Below, piece by piece: positions 1 to 8,755 of a stretch of DNA of 64,000 nucleotides. This DNA comes from Conexibacter sp. GTDB lineage: Bacteria > Actinomycetota > Thermoleophilia > Solirubrobacterales > Solirubrobacteraceae. Below the pieces are notes generated by a model. That model had not been told where the DNA came from, did no database searches, and saw only the letters and a list, made by a program, of their open reading frames with translations. A program made the translations under genes and the position numbers. The stretch covers positions 2,165 to 66,164 of the forward strand of contig DASYLH010000016.1 of the NCBI GenBank assembly GCA_036009645.1. The letters are read 5' to 3'. How positions within the stretch are numbered: position 1 is the first letter of the stretch; every line of letters starts with the position of its first letter.

Positions 1-439
1 GCCGCAGCGTCAGCGCCACGCGCGCCTCGATCGCGAGCACCGGGTGGCAACACATGAAGATCAGCCCGAGCAGGTCGTCGCCGACCTGGGCCGCCGCGGC
101 GGCCTCGGTGGTCGGATCCGCCGACGCGCTGTCGGCGAGGTCCTGCTCCAGCCGATGCGCGATCAGCTCCTGCTTCTCCTGCAGCGTCTCGCCGCGGCGA
201 AACAGATCGATCGCACGGTGCTTCGCCGTGGCCATCAGCCAGGCGCCCGGGTTGTCCGGGACGCCCGACTGCGGCCACTTCTCCAGCGCGACGACGAGCG
301 CGTCCTGCGCGAGGTCCTCGGCGAAGCCGACGTCGCGCACCATCCGCGTCAGCCCGGCGATCAGCCGCGGCGACTCGATCCGCCAGACGGCGTCGATCGT
401 GCGCCGCAGCTCCGGCCCGCTGCCCGTCGAGGCGGACAC
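1..439 (-). CDS. ECF sigma factor, ECF42-like with C-terminal extension (runs off the window edge)
   Basis: Not in the ORF track; read manually from GTG at 439: ..IDAVWRIESPRLIAGLTRMVRDVGFAEDLAQDA..DDLLGLIFMCCHPVLAIEARVALTLR. Lies directly downstream of a DGPF gene, the known ECF42 arrangement. Confidence 0.85.
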   Translation of the reverse strand, partial: MSASTGSGPELRRTIDAVWRIESPRLIAGLTRMVRDVGFAEDLAQDALVVALEKWPQSGVPDNPGAWLMATAKHRAIDLFRRGETLQEKQELIAHRLEQDLADSASADPTTEAAAAAQVGDDLLGLIFMCCHPVLAIEARVALTLR

Positions 440-446
440 GGTGCGC

Positions 447-878
447 CTACTGGCCCGCGTTCTTGTTCACCTGCTCGTAGATCTGCTCGGCGCGCTCCTG
501 CAGCTCGGGGGTGAACTGCTCGCCGAAGTCCTCGGCCTCGAACACCTGGCGGATCTCGATCTCCGAGGGACCGGGCATCGGATTGGGGCAGCGCTTGACC
601 CACTCGATGCACTCCTCGAGCGACTTCGTCTGGAAGATCCAGAAGCCGGCGACCAGCTCCTTCGTCTCCGCGAACGGGCCGTCGACGACGGTCCGCGAGG
701 CGCCGGAGAACTGCACGCGCGCACCCTTCGAGCTGGGCTGGAGGCCCTCGCCCGCCAGCATCACGCCGGCCTTCGCGAGCTCCTCGTTGTAGCTGCCCAT
801 CGCGGAGAGCATCTCCTCTCTCGGCAATGCACCCTGCTCGCTGTCCTGCGTCGCCTTGACCATCACCATGAAACGCAT
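447..878 (-). CDS. YCII-related (DGPF) protein
   Basis: MRFMVMVKAT..GVMLAGEGLQPSS..VVDGPFAETKELVAGFW; start moved to ATG 878. Confidence 0.9.
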   Translation of the reverse strand: MRFMVMVKATQDSEQGALPREEMLSAMGSYNEELAKAGVMLAGEGLQPSSKGARVQFSGASRTVVDGPFAETKELVAGFWIFQTKSLEECIEWVKRCPNPMPGPSEIEIRQVFEAEDFGEQFTPELQERAEQIYEQVNKNAGQ

Positions 879-970
879 GTGCTGCTCCTTCGTCGTGGAC
901 CTCGCGGTCCGGGTTCTACCCCTACGACGAACGGAGTGCGTCGCGATCGACACGCCGGAGAAAAAATTCC

Positions 971-1546
971 TCAGTGCGCGGGCAGCCGGTCGAGCAGCGC
1001 CCTCGCCAGCTCGTGCCACGCGGCCGGGCCGTCATGGCCGAAATGCGCGAGCAGCGCGTATGCCAGCTGATGCGGACAAATGGCGGTCAGAGGTCCGCAT
1101 GGATGCGTCTTGCCGGGGGAGCAGCCGAGCGCGGTCAGCACCTCGTCGCCGGGGAGCGTGAGCCACCAGTCGGTCTGGACGCGGCAGATGCGCGTCGTCA
1201 GGCCGGCGCGCCGCCCCAGCTCGTGCCCGACGGCTGCGATCACGAGCGGATGGGCACGGTGGGTCGCGAGCGCATGGTCGACGAGCAGCGCGCGGTGGTC
1301 GTGCGTGACCGGGCGCAGGCCGAGCGTGTCGCGCAACGCGGACGCGAGCCGGTCGGCCTGCTCACGCGGCGGCAGCGCGGCCGCCCCGAACAGCTCGCGT
1401 GCGACGTCGTCGAGCCGGGTCAGCACGGCTGCACGGTCGCAGCCGGTGAAGCGGTCGGCGAGCGCGATCAGCGCGTCGTCGGCTGCGAGGTCGGGGCCGC
1501 CGAGCAGCCGTTCGAGCATGGCGTCGTGGACGCGATCGGTCCTCAT
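971..1546 (-). CDS. Transglutaminase-like (SirB1/Transglut_core2-like) protein
   Basis: ..LLVDHALATHRAHPLVIAAVGHELGRRAGL.. resembles the SirB1 core; ATGA overlap with the upstream HtaA gene. Confidence 0.55.
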   Translation of the reverse strand: MRTDRVHDAMLERLLGGPDLAADDALIALADRFTGCDRAAVLTRLDDVARELFGAAALPPREQADRLASALRDTLGLRPVTHDHRALLVDHALATHRAHPLVIAAVGHELGRRAGLTTRICRVQTDWWLTLPGDEVLTALGCSPGKTHPCGPLTAICPHQLAYALLAHFGHDGPAAWHELARALLDRLPAH

Positions 1547-2718
1547 GGCGTCGTCACGAACGCGACTCTGAGCGCGCCCCACTGGTCGCCCGGTATGTAG
1601 ATGCCGGAGAACATCGATGCGCCCGCGTCGGTGATCGTCGCCGGGATCGTGCCGTAGTCGCGCGCGGAGCCGTTCACCGTTGGGCTGCCGGGGACGAGGT
1701 CGAGCATGATGCCGCGCACCGGCGCGATCTGCGTGCAGTCGCCGCCTGAGAAGGCGAAGATCGCGCGTGAGGATCTGCCGTTGAGCTCGATCTCGGGGTC
1801 CGTGACCGAGATGTCGATCCCGTGCCCTCTGTAGAGGAAGCGCACCGTGCCCTGCCCGAGCAGGTCTGCGCTGCCGCTGACCGGGTCGTACCAGCTGCCC
1901 GCCTTCAGCCCGAAGCCGAACGAGTAGACGAGTCTCGCGCTGTTGCCCGGCACGGTCTCCAAAGGCCCGGTGGTCGCGCCGTTGGAGGCGGTTGCGCCCT
2001 CGCCGCTGGCGACGTACTGGATGAACGACTCGCGTGGACGCCACGTGAGCGTCGCGCTCGCGACGTCGAGTGCGCCCGCCGGTCGCGCGAGCGGGGCGGG
2101 GGCGGCAGGGATCGTGCCGCTGGAGAAGCCGGGCGTGCAGCCGGGCGGCGTGGTTCCCCCGCCACCGCCGCCCGTGCCGTCGCCGGTACCCCCGCCCGTG
2201 CCGGGGCCGGCACCGCCGCTGGCGCCGAGCACCACCGCGACCCGCAGGGTCCCCAGCACTCCCGTCGGCCGCTCCGCGAGCGCGAGGCGCATGCGCAGGA
2301 AGCGCGCGCCCGTGCGGGTGAGGCGCAGCGAGACGGGCTGCAGCCGCACGGCGCCGGTGGCGGCGTCGAGCGTCAGGCGTCGTCTCGGGACGTCGGCGCG
2401 CAGCAGCGTCCGCCGCCGCTCACCGCTGACGGCGCTCAGCACCGTCTGCCCGGCGCGCACCTCGGCGCGCCAGGCGGACAGCGTCACGCGGCCTGCGGAG
2501 GGGCCTCTGCCCGCCCTCAGCGTGACTCTCCCGCGCAGCGAGAGCGTGGCGCCGGTCCCGATCCGGCCGCTCACAGCGGGAAGGACGATCCGCCGCGCGA
2601 CCGCGACGCCCTGCGCCCGCAGACCGTCCCCGAGGGCACCGTCGGACGAGATGGTGGCGGCGCCGTGCGGTGCCGCCGAAGCGGCGAGCAGGGCGAGCGC
2701 GGTCGCGGCGGCGGGCAT
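1543..2718 (-). CDS. Secreted HtaA-domain heme-binding protein
   Basis: Signal peptide, Gly/Thr linker, C-terminal ATLTWRPRESFIQYV..GTVRFLYRGHGIDISVTDPEIEL typical of HtaA; iron-uptake context. Confidence 0.75.
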   Translation of the reverse strand: MPAAATALALLAASAAPHGAATISSDGALGDGLRAQGVAVARRIVLPAVSGRIGTGATLSLRGRVTLRAGRGPSAGRVTLSAWRAEVRAGQTVLSAVSGERRRTLLRADVPRRRLTLDAATGAVRLQPVSLRLTRTGARFLRMRLALAERPTGVLGTLRVAVVLGASGGAGPGTGGGTGDGTGGGGGGTTPPGCTPGFSSGTIPAAPAPLARPAGALDVASATLTWRPRESFIQYVASGEGATASNGATTGPLETVPGNSARLVYSFGFGLKAGSWYDPVSGSADLLGQGTVRFLYRGHGIDISVTDPEIELNGRSSRAIFAFSGGDCTQIAPVRGIMLDLVPGSPTVNGSARDYGTIPATITDAGASMFSGIYIPGDQWGALRVAFVTTP

Positions 2719-2720
2719 CG

Positions 2721-3701
2721 CTACAGCACCCGCACGCGGATCGCCTGGTCGCTGCCCGCTCTCAGCAGGTACACCCCGCGCACGCCCTTCTTCTGACCGT
2801 CGGCGAGCTTGATGCGAACCGTGCGTGCGCGCACCGAACCGGTCGCGACGACGGCCTTGCCCTTCGTGCTCAGCAGCGAGATCGCGTGACGCTTGCCGCG
2901 ATCGGCGAAGGGCGCCTTTCTCAGCAGGGCGGTCTGCAGGATGGTCGTCGCGCCGGGGGCACCCTTGTCGCCCTTGGGACCCTGCGGGCCGCGCACTTCG
3001 TCCGGCTTCAGCTTGAGGCGCACCGCAAACGTCTCGGTGCCTCTGCTGGGCAGGTATCTCGCGCCGAAGAACGTGGTGTTGGCGGTCGTTCGAGCGAGCG
3101 CGCTGAGCGTGCGCGATCCGTCGGCCTTCAGCGTCACGACGGAGCTGGTGAGGTCGAAGTCAAAGATCGGGCCGATCTCGGCGCCGTAGCTTCTTCTGTC
3201 GATCTGTCCGGTGGCGGCGAGCGCAGCCTTCGTGCCGTCGAGCGTCAGCGTCGGGTTGACGATCGTCTGCGGCAGCAGGCCGAAGCCCGGGTGGACGGTG
3301 AAGCTGAGCGTGCCGCCGAGCTGCACGCTGCCGACGCCGGTGTACTCGTCGTACGTGCCGCCGCTGGCGGGGAATCCGAGCTTGTACACCTCGCCGAGGC
3401 CGCGCACGCTGTCTCTCGTGATCTCCGTGACGCTTGCGCCGGTGGGGTCGACGATCGTCGCGCTGCCGCTGACGGAGACGCTGCCGTCGGAGGCCGGTCC
3501 TGCGACCGCGACTCTGTTCGTCACGAAGCCGAGCCAGGTGCGCTGCCCCAGCGTGTCGTTCGCGCTGGAGTCGTAGTAGTTGTCCATGGACCAGTCGAAG
3601 CCGCCGCCGGTGACGGTGGCTGCTGAGGCCGGGACGGCGGCGGCGCCGAGCGCGAGCGCCGCGAGTGCGACGGCGCGCAGGCCGGAGAGCGAAGGGGTCA
3701 T
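2721..3701 (-). CDS. Secreted HtaA-like protein with short collagen-like linker
   Basis: Signal peptide, GGGFDWSMDNYY..GSVQLGGTLSF..NPTLTLDG, then GPQGPKGDKGAPG and a basic C-terminal domain. Confidence 0.6.
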   Translation of the reverse strand: MTPSLSGLRAVALAALALGAAAVPASAATVTGGGFDWSMDNYYDSSANDTLGQRTWLGFVTNRVAVAGPASDGSVSVSGSATIVDPTGASVTEITRDSVRGLGEVYKLGFPASGGTYDEYTGVGSVQLGGTLSFTVHPGFGLLPQTIVNPTLTLDGTKAALAATGQIDRRSYGAEIGPIFDFDLTSSVVTLKADGSRTLSALARTTANTTFFGARYLPSRGTETFAVRLKLKPDEVRGPQGPKGDKGAPGATTILQTALLRKAPFADRGKRHAISLLSTKGKAVVATGSVRARTVRIKLADGQKKGVRGVYLLRAGSDQAIRVRVL

Positions 3702-4525
3702 GGTGAGACGAGGTCCTTTCGTGGATGCGTATCGAGCGGGGGAGAAGGCGTGTGGAGCCAGCCGACGCGCAGTGCGGTGCGGCCGTCGTCGTCGCGCTCA
3801 AGCGCGGCGTCAACGCGCCACACCGCGGCGATGCGCGCCGCGTCGAGCACGTCGTGCGCGAGGCCGTCGGCGACGGTGCGGCCGTCGGCCATCACGACGA
3901 CGCGGTCGGCGACGGCCGCGGCGAGCGCGAGGTCGTGCACCACCAGCACCACGGCGAGCCCCTCATCGGCGAGGCCGCGCAGCAGCCGTGCGACGCCGGC
4001 GGCGGCGCCGAGGTCGAGGTGCGAGGTCGGCTCGTCGGCGATCAGCGCGGGCGCCTCTTGCGCGAGCGCGACGGCGATCTGTACGCGTTGCAGCTCGCCG
4101 CCGGAGAGCGTCGTCAGCATGCGGTCCTCGAACGTCTCGACGCCGGCGCGCGCGATCGCTCGCGCGACCGCGTCGTGGTCTCTGCGCGTCATCCGCTGCA
4201 GCGGGCCGACGTGGGGGGAGCGGCCGATTCGCACCGCGTCGCGGACGGTGAGGCCGGCGGGCACGGGTGGGCGCTGTGGCACGAACGCGCGCAGGCGCGC
4301 GAGCCGGCGCGGGCGCAGGTCGCCCAGCTCGTCCTCGCCCCAGCGCACGGTGCCGCCCGCGAGCCGCTGCAACCCGGCGACGGCGCGCGCGAGCGTGGAC
4401 TTGCCGGCACCGTTGGGGCCGACGACGGCGACCAGCTCGCCGGCTGCGACGTGCAGGTCGGCGCCGTGCAGGATCGGCGTGCCGCCGATCTCGACGCGCA
4501 CGTCCCGGGCATGGAGCAGGGTCAT
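3698..4525 (-). CDS. Iron/heme ABC transporter ATP-binding protein (FecE/HmuV family)
   Basis: GPNGAGKST, LSGGELQRV, LIADEPTSHLD; start ATG 4525 overlaps the permease stop. Confidence 0.92.
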   Translation of the reverse strand: MTLLHARDVRVEIGGTPILHGADLHVAAGELVAVVGPNGAGKSTLARAVAGLQRLAGGTVRWGEDELGDLRPRRLARLRAFVPQRPPVPAGLTVRDAVRIGRSPHVGPLQRMTRRDHDAVARAIARAGVETFEDRMLTTLSGGELQRVQIAVALAQEAPALIADEPTSHLDLGAAAGVARLLRGLADEGLAVVLVVHDLALAAAVADRVVVMADGRTVADGLAHDVLDAARIAAVWRVDAALERDDDGRTALRVGWLHTPSPPLDTHPRKDLVSP

Positions 4526-5550
4526 GTCGCTCTCCGCAGCAGCCACAAGAACACCGGCACGCCGAGCACGACCATGAACGGCCCGACCGGCAGCTCGATC
4601 GGCGCGATGATCGTGCGCGCGAGCGTGTCGCCGGCGAGCAGCAGCAGCGCGCCGCACAGCCCGGAGACGGGCACGACGAACCAATTGCCTGCGCTGCGCG
4701 AGGCGAGCCGCACGACGTGCGGGATGAACAGTCCGACGAACGTAATGAGCCCGGCGATCGCCGCCGCCGAGGCGGCCAGCAGCGCCGCGGCGACGCCCGC
4801 GCCGAGCCGGATCGTGCGCGGCCGCACGCCGAGCGACGCGGCGACGTCGTCGCCGAGCGCGAGGCGGTCGAGCGGGCGCACGAGCACCACCGCGAGCGCG
4901 AAGCCGACGGCAAGGTACGGCCACACGACCTCCAGCTGGCTCCAGCCGCTCGTCGTGAGGCCGCCGACAAGGAAGAAGATCGCCGACGGCACGCGCTCCG
5001 GGTACCACGCCATCAGCGCGCTCATCGCGGCCGAGAAGAGCGCGCTGATCGCGATCCCCGCGAGGATCAGGCGGGCGATCCCGCCCGGGTTCGGCCCCGC
5101 CCAGGCGACGACGAACACGAGCGCCGCCGCCAGCAGCCCGAACAGCAGCGCGCCGGCCGGCAGCAGCGCGACCGAGCTGGGGAAGATCAGCAGGATCAGG
5201 ATCGCGCCGAAGCCCGCGCCGCCGGTGACGCCGATCACGTCCGGCGAGGCGAGCGGGTTCGCGAGGGCGCCCTGCAGCAGCGCGCCGGCGACGCCGAGCG
5301 CCGCGCCGACCGCCATCGCCTCGACCGTGCGCGGCAGCCGCAGGTCGAGCACGATCTGCCGCAGCGGTCCTGTCTCGGCGCGACCGAGCAGCGCGTCGAT
5401 CACTCTCGACAGCGGGATATGGACGGCGCCGAGTGTGAGCGACGCCGCCACCGCAGCCGCCAGCAGCGCCGTGGCGACGGCGACGACGAGCGCCTGACGG
5501 ACGCTCAAGCGCGCCACGCGGGGCGCGGCTGCGATGTCGGCGACGCTCAC
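4522..5550 (-). CDS. FecCD-family ABC permease
   Basis: LRLPRTVEAMAVGAALGVAGALLQGALANPLASPDVIG; ELPVG motif. Confidence 0.93.
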   Translation of the reverse strand: MSVADIAAAPRVARLSVRQALVVAVATALLAAAVAASLTLGAVHIPLSRVIDALLGRAETGPLRQIVLDLRLPRTVEAMAVGAALGVAGALLQGALANPLASPDVIGVTGGAGFGAILILLIFPSSVALLPAGALLFGLLAAALVFVVAWAGPNPGGIARLILAGIAISALFSAAMSALMAWYPERVPSAIFFLVGGLTTSGWSQLEVVWPYLAVGFALAVVLVRPLDRLALGDDVAASLGVRPRTIRLGAGVAAALLAASAAAIAGLITFVGLFIPHVVRLASRSAGNWFVVPVSGLCGALLLLAGDTLARTIIAPIELPVGPFMVVLGVPVFLWLLRRAT

Positions 5551-5554
5551 GTGC

Positions 5555-6436
5555 TCACCGGTTGTGCAGGTACTGCCGCTGCACGTCCCCGATCGTCTGC
5601 GCCGGGCTCGTCCACGCCTGCAGCAGCGAGTTGTCGGTCGAGACGTAGACGCGCCCGTTGCGGGCTGCCTTCGTCGTGCGCCACGCCGGGTTCGAGCGCA
5701 GGTGGGCCGTCAGTCGCGGGATGTCGCCGGCGTTACCGTGCGGCACCGCGATGATCACGTCGGGGTTCTGCTGGATCACGAACTCGTCCGAGATGCGCGC
5801 GTAGCCGTCGCTCGCGCTCAGCCCGCCGGTGAGCAGGCGCCCGCCGGCCTGGGTGATGACGTCGCCGCCCCAGCTGTTGGGCATGAACGCGTAGGAGGCG
5901 CGGCCGACGCCGAGCACGAGCAGCACGCGCGGGTGGCGCTTCGCCTGCGCGCGGGCATAGGCGACGTGGGAGCGCTGGTCGGCGGCGAGCGCGGCGGCGG
6001 TGCGGGGCTTGCTGACGAGCGCGCCGATCCGCTCGGTCGCGCTCGGCACGTCGGCGACGCGGCGCGGGTCGAGCTCGACGACGCGGATCCCGAGGTCGTC
6101 GATCGCCTGGTTGCCGCGTCGCCACACGGGCGCCGACAGCACGAGCTTCGGGTACAGCGTGACGAGCAGCTCGAGGCTCGGACCGTTCGGGTGCGAGAGC
6201 GCCAGTCGCGGAACCCCCTTCAGCTTGCTTGAGATGTGCTCGTTGCCGCCGACCGTCTGGCCGACCGCGAGCGGTCTCACGTCGAGGTTCGCGAGCGTGT
6301 TGGCGGTGAACGGCGTGAGCGCGACGACGCGCGGCTTGGCCTGCGCGGCGGAGGCGCTCGCGAGGACGGCGAGCGTTGCGAGCAGGCTGAGCAGCGCGGC
6401 GAGGCGGCAGCGAGGGCGGATCGGCGCGCGGCTCAT
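5555..6436 (-). CDS. Iron/heme ABC substrate-binding protein
   Basis: Signal peptide, PRVVALTP.., ISDEFVIQQNPDVII, AARNGRVY; between permease and HugZ-like gene. Confidence 0.88.
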   Translation of the reverse strand: MSRAPIRPRCRLAALLSLLATLAVLASASAAQAKPRVVALTPFTANTLANLDVRPLAVGQTVGGNEHISSKLKGVPRLALSHPNGPSLELLVTLYPKLVLSAPVWRRGNQAIDDLGIRVVELDPRRVADVPSATERIGALVSKPRTAAALAADQRSHVAYARAQAKRHPRVLLVLGVGRASYAFMPNSWGGDVITQAGGRLLTGGLSASDGYARISDEFVIQQNPDVIIAVPHGNAGDIPRLTAHLRSNPAWRTTKAARNGRVYVSTDNSLLQAWTSPAQTIGDVQRQYLHNR

Positions 6437-7254
6437 GCTGCCGCCTCCCGCGCCCGGCGCGTCAGCTCGACCGTCGCGCCGCGCAGGCCGTCCTGCTCGG
6501 TGACCGCTTCAGCGAAGCCGACGCGAATCGGCGCGACGCCGCGCGGCGTGAAGACGGCGAGGTCGACGCCGTGGCGGTCGATCGACGTGCATTGCGCGCG
6601 CGTCGCGTCGGGGTAGCCGCCGAGTCGCTGCGCGATCAGCAGCAGCGCGTCGCCGTGGTCGTCGTTCAGGTGCTGGACGGCGTGGCCGGCGCGCTCGGCC
6701 GTCGGGTCGGCCGTCGCGGCGAGGTAGTCCTCCGCGCTCGCGGAGCCCATCGTCCCGTAGCCACCGACCCAGCGGACGCGCTCGATGTCGAGCGTCCACA
6801 GCGTCACGTCGCCGAACTCGGCGAACACCTTCGCGCTGCTCATCGCAGCCAGGCACGCCGCGTGCGCCTCGCTCTCGCGCGCGCCCGTGGGGCGGCTGAC
6901 GCGGCCGACGAGCGTGACGCGGCCGGACGCGAGCGGATCGGGGCTGCTCGGCGGCGCCGCGACCATCAGGCTCGCGCGCTGGTCCCGCGCAAGGTTGCGG
7001 CCGTGCTCGGCGAGCGTGGAGAGCAGCAGCGCGGGCGTGCCGTCGTCCAGCAGGCCGTACATGACGAGCGATGCCCACGGCGCGCCGTCGTCGCTCAGCG
7101 AAGCGAGCGCGCCGACGCGCGTGCTGGAGAGCAGCGTGCGCGCGGCCTCGGCCGGGGTCGGGCGGGGGGAGGAGACGGGCGGTGTCAGCGGCGGTGGTAC
7201 GGGGTCGAAGCCGTCCGGGACGAGGTGGTCCGGGGGCGCAGGGGTAGCGTGCAT
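6433..7254 (-). CDS. HugZ/HutZ-like heme utilisation protein (PNPOx-like + DUF2470)
   Basis: GAPWASLVMY..LLLSTLAEHGRNL..ASLMV; C-terminal HAVQHLNDDHGDAL..IDRHGVDL. Confidence 0.85.
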   Translation of the reverse strand: MHATPAPPDHLVPDGFDPVPPPLTPPVSSPRPTPAEAARTLLSSTRVGALASLSDDGAPWASLVMYGLLDDGTPALLLSTLAEHGRNLARDQRASLMVAAPPSSPDPLASGRVTLVGRVSRPTGARESEAHAACLAAMSSAKVFAEFGDVTLWTLDIERVRWVGGYGTMGSASAEDYLAATADPTAERAGHAVQHLNDDHGDALLLIAQRLGGYPDATRAQCTSIDRHGVDLAVFTPRGVAPIRVGFAEAVTEQDGLRGATVELTRRAREAAA

Positions 7255-7259
7255 AGTGC

Positions 7260-7301
7260 TTAGGCTACCCTAATTAGGTAGGCCGAAGTAGGGCGCCCTA
7301 A
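7260..7301. promoter_or_regulatory. Three tandem 14-bp TTAGG-N4-CCTAA palindromes (DtxR/IdeR-type operator)
   Basis: TTAGGCTACCCTAA (7260-7273), TTAGGTAGGCCGAA (7274-7287), GTAGGGCGCCCTAA (7288-7301), immediately upstream of the heme operon start at 7254. Confidence 0.75.
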
Positions 7302-7495
7302 CTGGGCTCGGCTGTGGCCGGTACGCCGGACCGCGCGGCCGTTGCCGTCGAGGCCCTCACGTGAACTGGGGTTGGCGCTTCGCAGCGTGGGTGGACGCCG
7401 CAGGGGGGCCTCGCCGACAACGCCACGCGGCCGGCTGAGTAAGCGCTCCCAGAGCCCCCGCGCAGCGAGCCCAAGCGCTGTTGGTCAGCCGGGTG

Positions 7496-8671
7496 CTAAG
7501 GGCGCAGCGCGCGGCGCAGCAGCGGTGGCGCGATGAGCGTCGTCGCGACGGACATCGCGACGATCACGGCGAAGCGCTCGTCGCCGATGACGCCGGCGCT
7601 GGCGCCGATGCCCGCGACGATGATGCCCACCTCGCCGCGCGGGATCATGCCGAGTGCGACGACCTTCCGTTCAGTCTTAGCCAGCTTGCGTGCGCCGAGC
7701 CAGGCGCCCGCGTATTTCGTCACGACCGCGAGCGCGGTCAGGCCGGCGAGCAGTGCGAGCGCGCCGCCGTCGGCGAGCGATCCGAGGTCGAGCTCGGCGC
7801 CGATGAAGGCGAAGAAGAACGGTGGGAAGAAGGCGTAGAGCGGCTCGACCTCACGCTCGATCGGATGCTGCTCGCGCGTCTCGGCGACGATCATTCCTGC
7901 CAGGAACGCACCGATCACCGCGGCGAGCCCGACCTCCGCTGCCAGCGCGGCGAGGCCGAGGCACACGAGCACGGCGGGGATCAGAGGAGAGTCGGAGAAC
8001 CTCGGCGCGTGCAGCACGCGCGGCCAGCGCTGCGTCACGCGCGTGCCGACGAGCGCGAAGAAGGCGAGGAACGCGATCGCGATCCCGAGCACGAGCGCGA
8101 GGTCGCCGACGTCGAGCCCGCCGCCGTCGGCGAGGCCGGTCGCGACCGCGAGCAGCAGCAGCGCGAGCACGTCGTCGATCACCGCTGCGCCGAGGATCGT
8201 GCGCGCGGCGGCGCTCTGCAGCACGCCCAGCTCGATCAGCACGGCCGACGTGATCCCCACGCTCGTCGCCGTCAGCGCGACGCCGAGGAAGATTGCCTCC
8301 GCGCTGCCGTCGCCGAGCGCGAAGCCGAGCCCGATGCCGCCCGCGAACGGGAAGACGACGCCGAGCGCGCCGACGAGCGTCGCCGACGGGCCGACCGCCC
8401 GCATGTCCGACAGTCTTGTCTCCAGCCCGACCCAGAACAGCAGGAACACGACACCGAGCTCGGCGAACACCTGGAAGACCTCGTCGGGCTCCACGAGCCC
8501 GAGCACGGACGGGCCGATCAGCACGCCGGCGACGATCTCCCCGACGATCCCCGGCTGGCCGAGCCGCTTGAACAGCTCGTCGCCGAGCTTCGCCGCAAGC
8601 AGGATGACGAACAGGTCGACCAGTACGCCGGCGAGGTCGCCCTCGGACACGGCGGCGAGCGGCAGGTGCAC
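7496..8671 (-). CDS. Cation:proton antiporter (CPA2/KefB-like)
   Basis: Highly hydrophobic; LGQPGIVGEIVAGVLIGP, TATSVGIT, AAVIDDV, GMIPRGEV. Confidence 0.92.
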   Translation of the reverse strand: MHLPLAAVSEGDLAGVLVDLFVILLAAKLGDELFKRLGQPGIVGEIVAGVLIGPSVLGLVEPDEVFQVFAELGVVFLLFWVGLETRLSDMRAVGPSATLVGALGVVFPFAGGIGLGFALGDGSAEAIFLGVALTATSVGITSAVLIELGVLQSAAARTILGAAVIDDVLALLLLAVATGLADGGGLDVGDLALVLGIAIAFLAFFALVGTRVTQRWPRVLHAPRFSDSPLIPAVLVCLGLAALAAEVGLAAVIGAFLAGMIVAETREQHPIEREVEPLYAFFPPFFFAFIGAELDLGSLADGGALALLAGLTALAVVTKYAGAWLGARKLAKTERKVVALGMIPRGEVGIIVAGIGASAGVIGDERFAVIVAMSVATTLIAPPLLRRALRP

Positions 8672-8755
8672 GGGCGGAGCCTAACGCGCGCGGTGGCGTG
8701 CTCTCGTCTCGCCGCACGACCGTGGATCGCTGGACAGCTTCGATAGGTTCGCCCC

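Noticed and set aside
2140-2225. GGC/ACC-rich low-complexity repeat
   Set aside because: Encodes the Gly/Thr linker of the HtaA protein.
7310-7495. Cobalamin or other known riboswitch ahead of the ABC operon
   Set aside because: No recognisable B12-box or other conserved riboswitch sequence; operon content and the operator point to heme/iron control.
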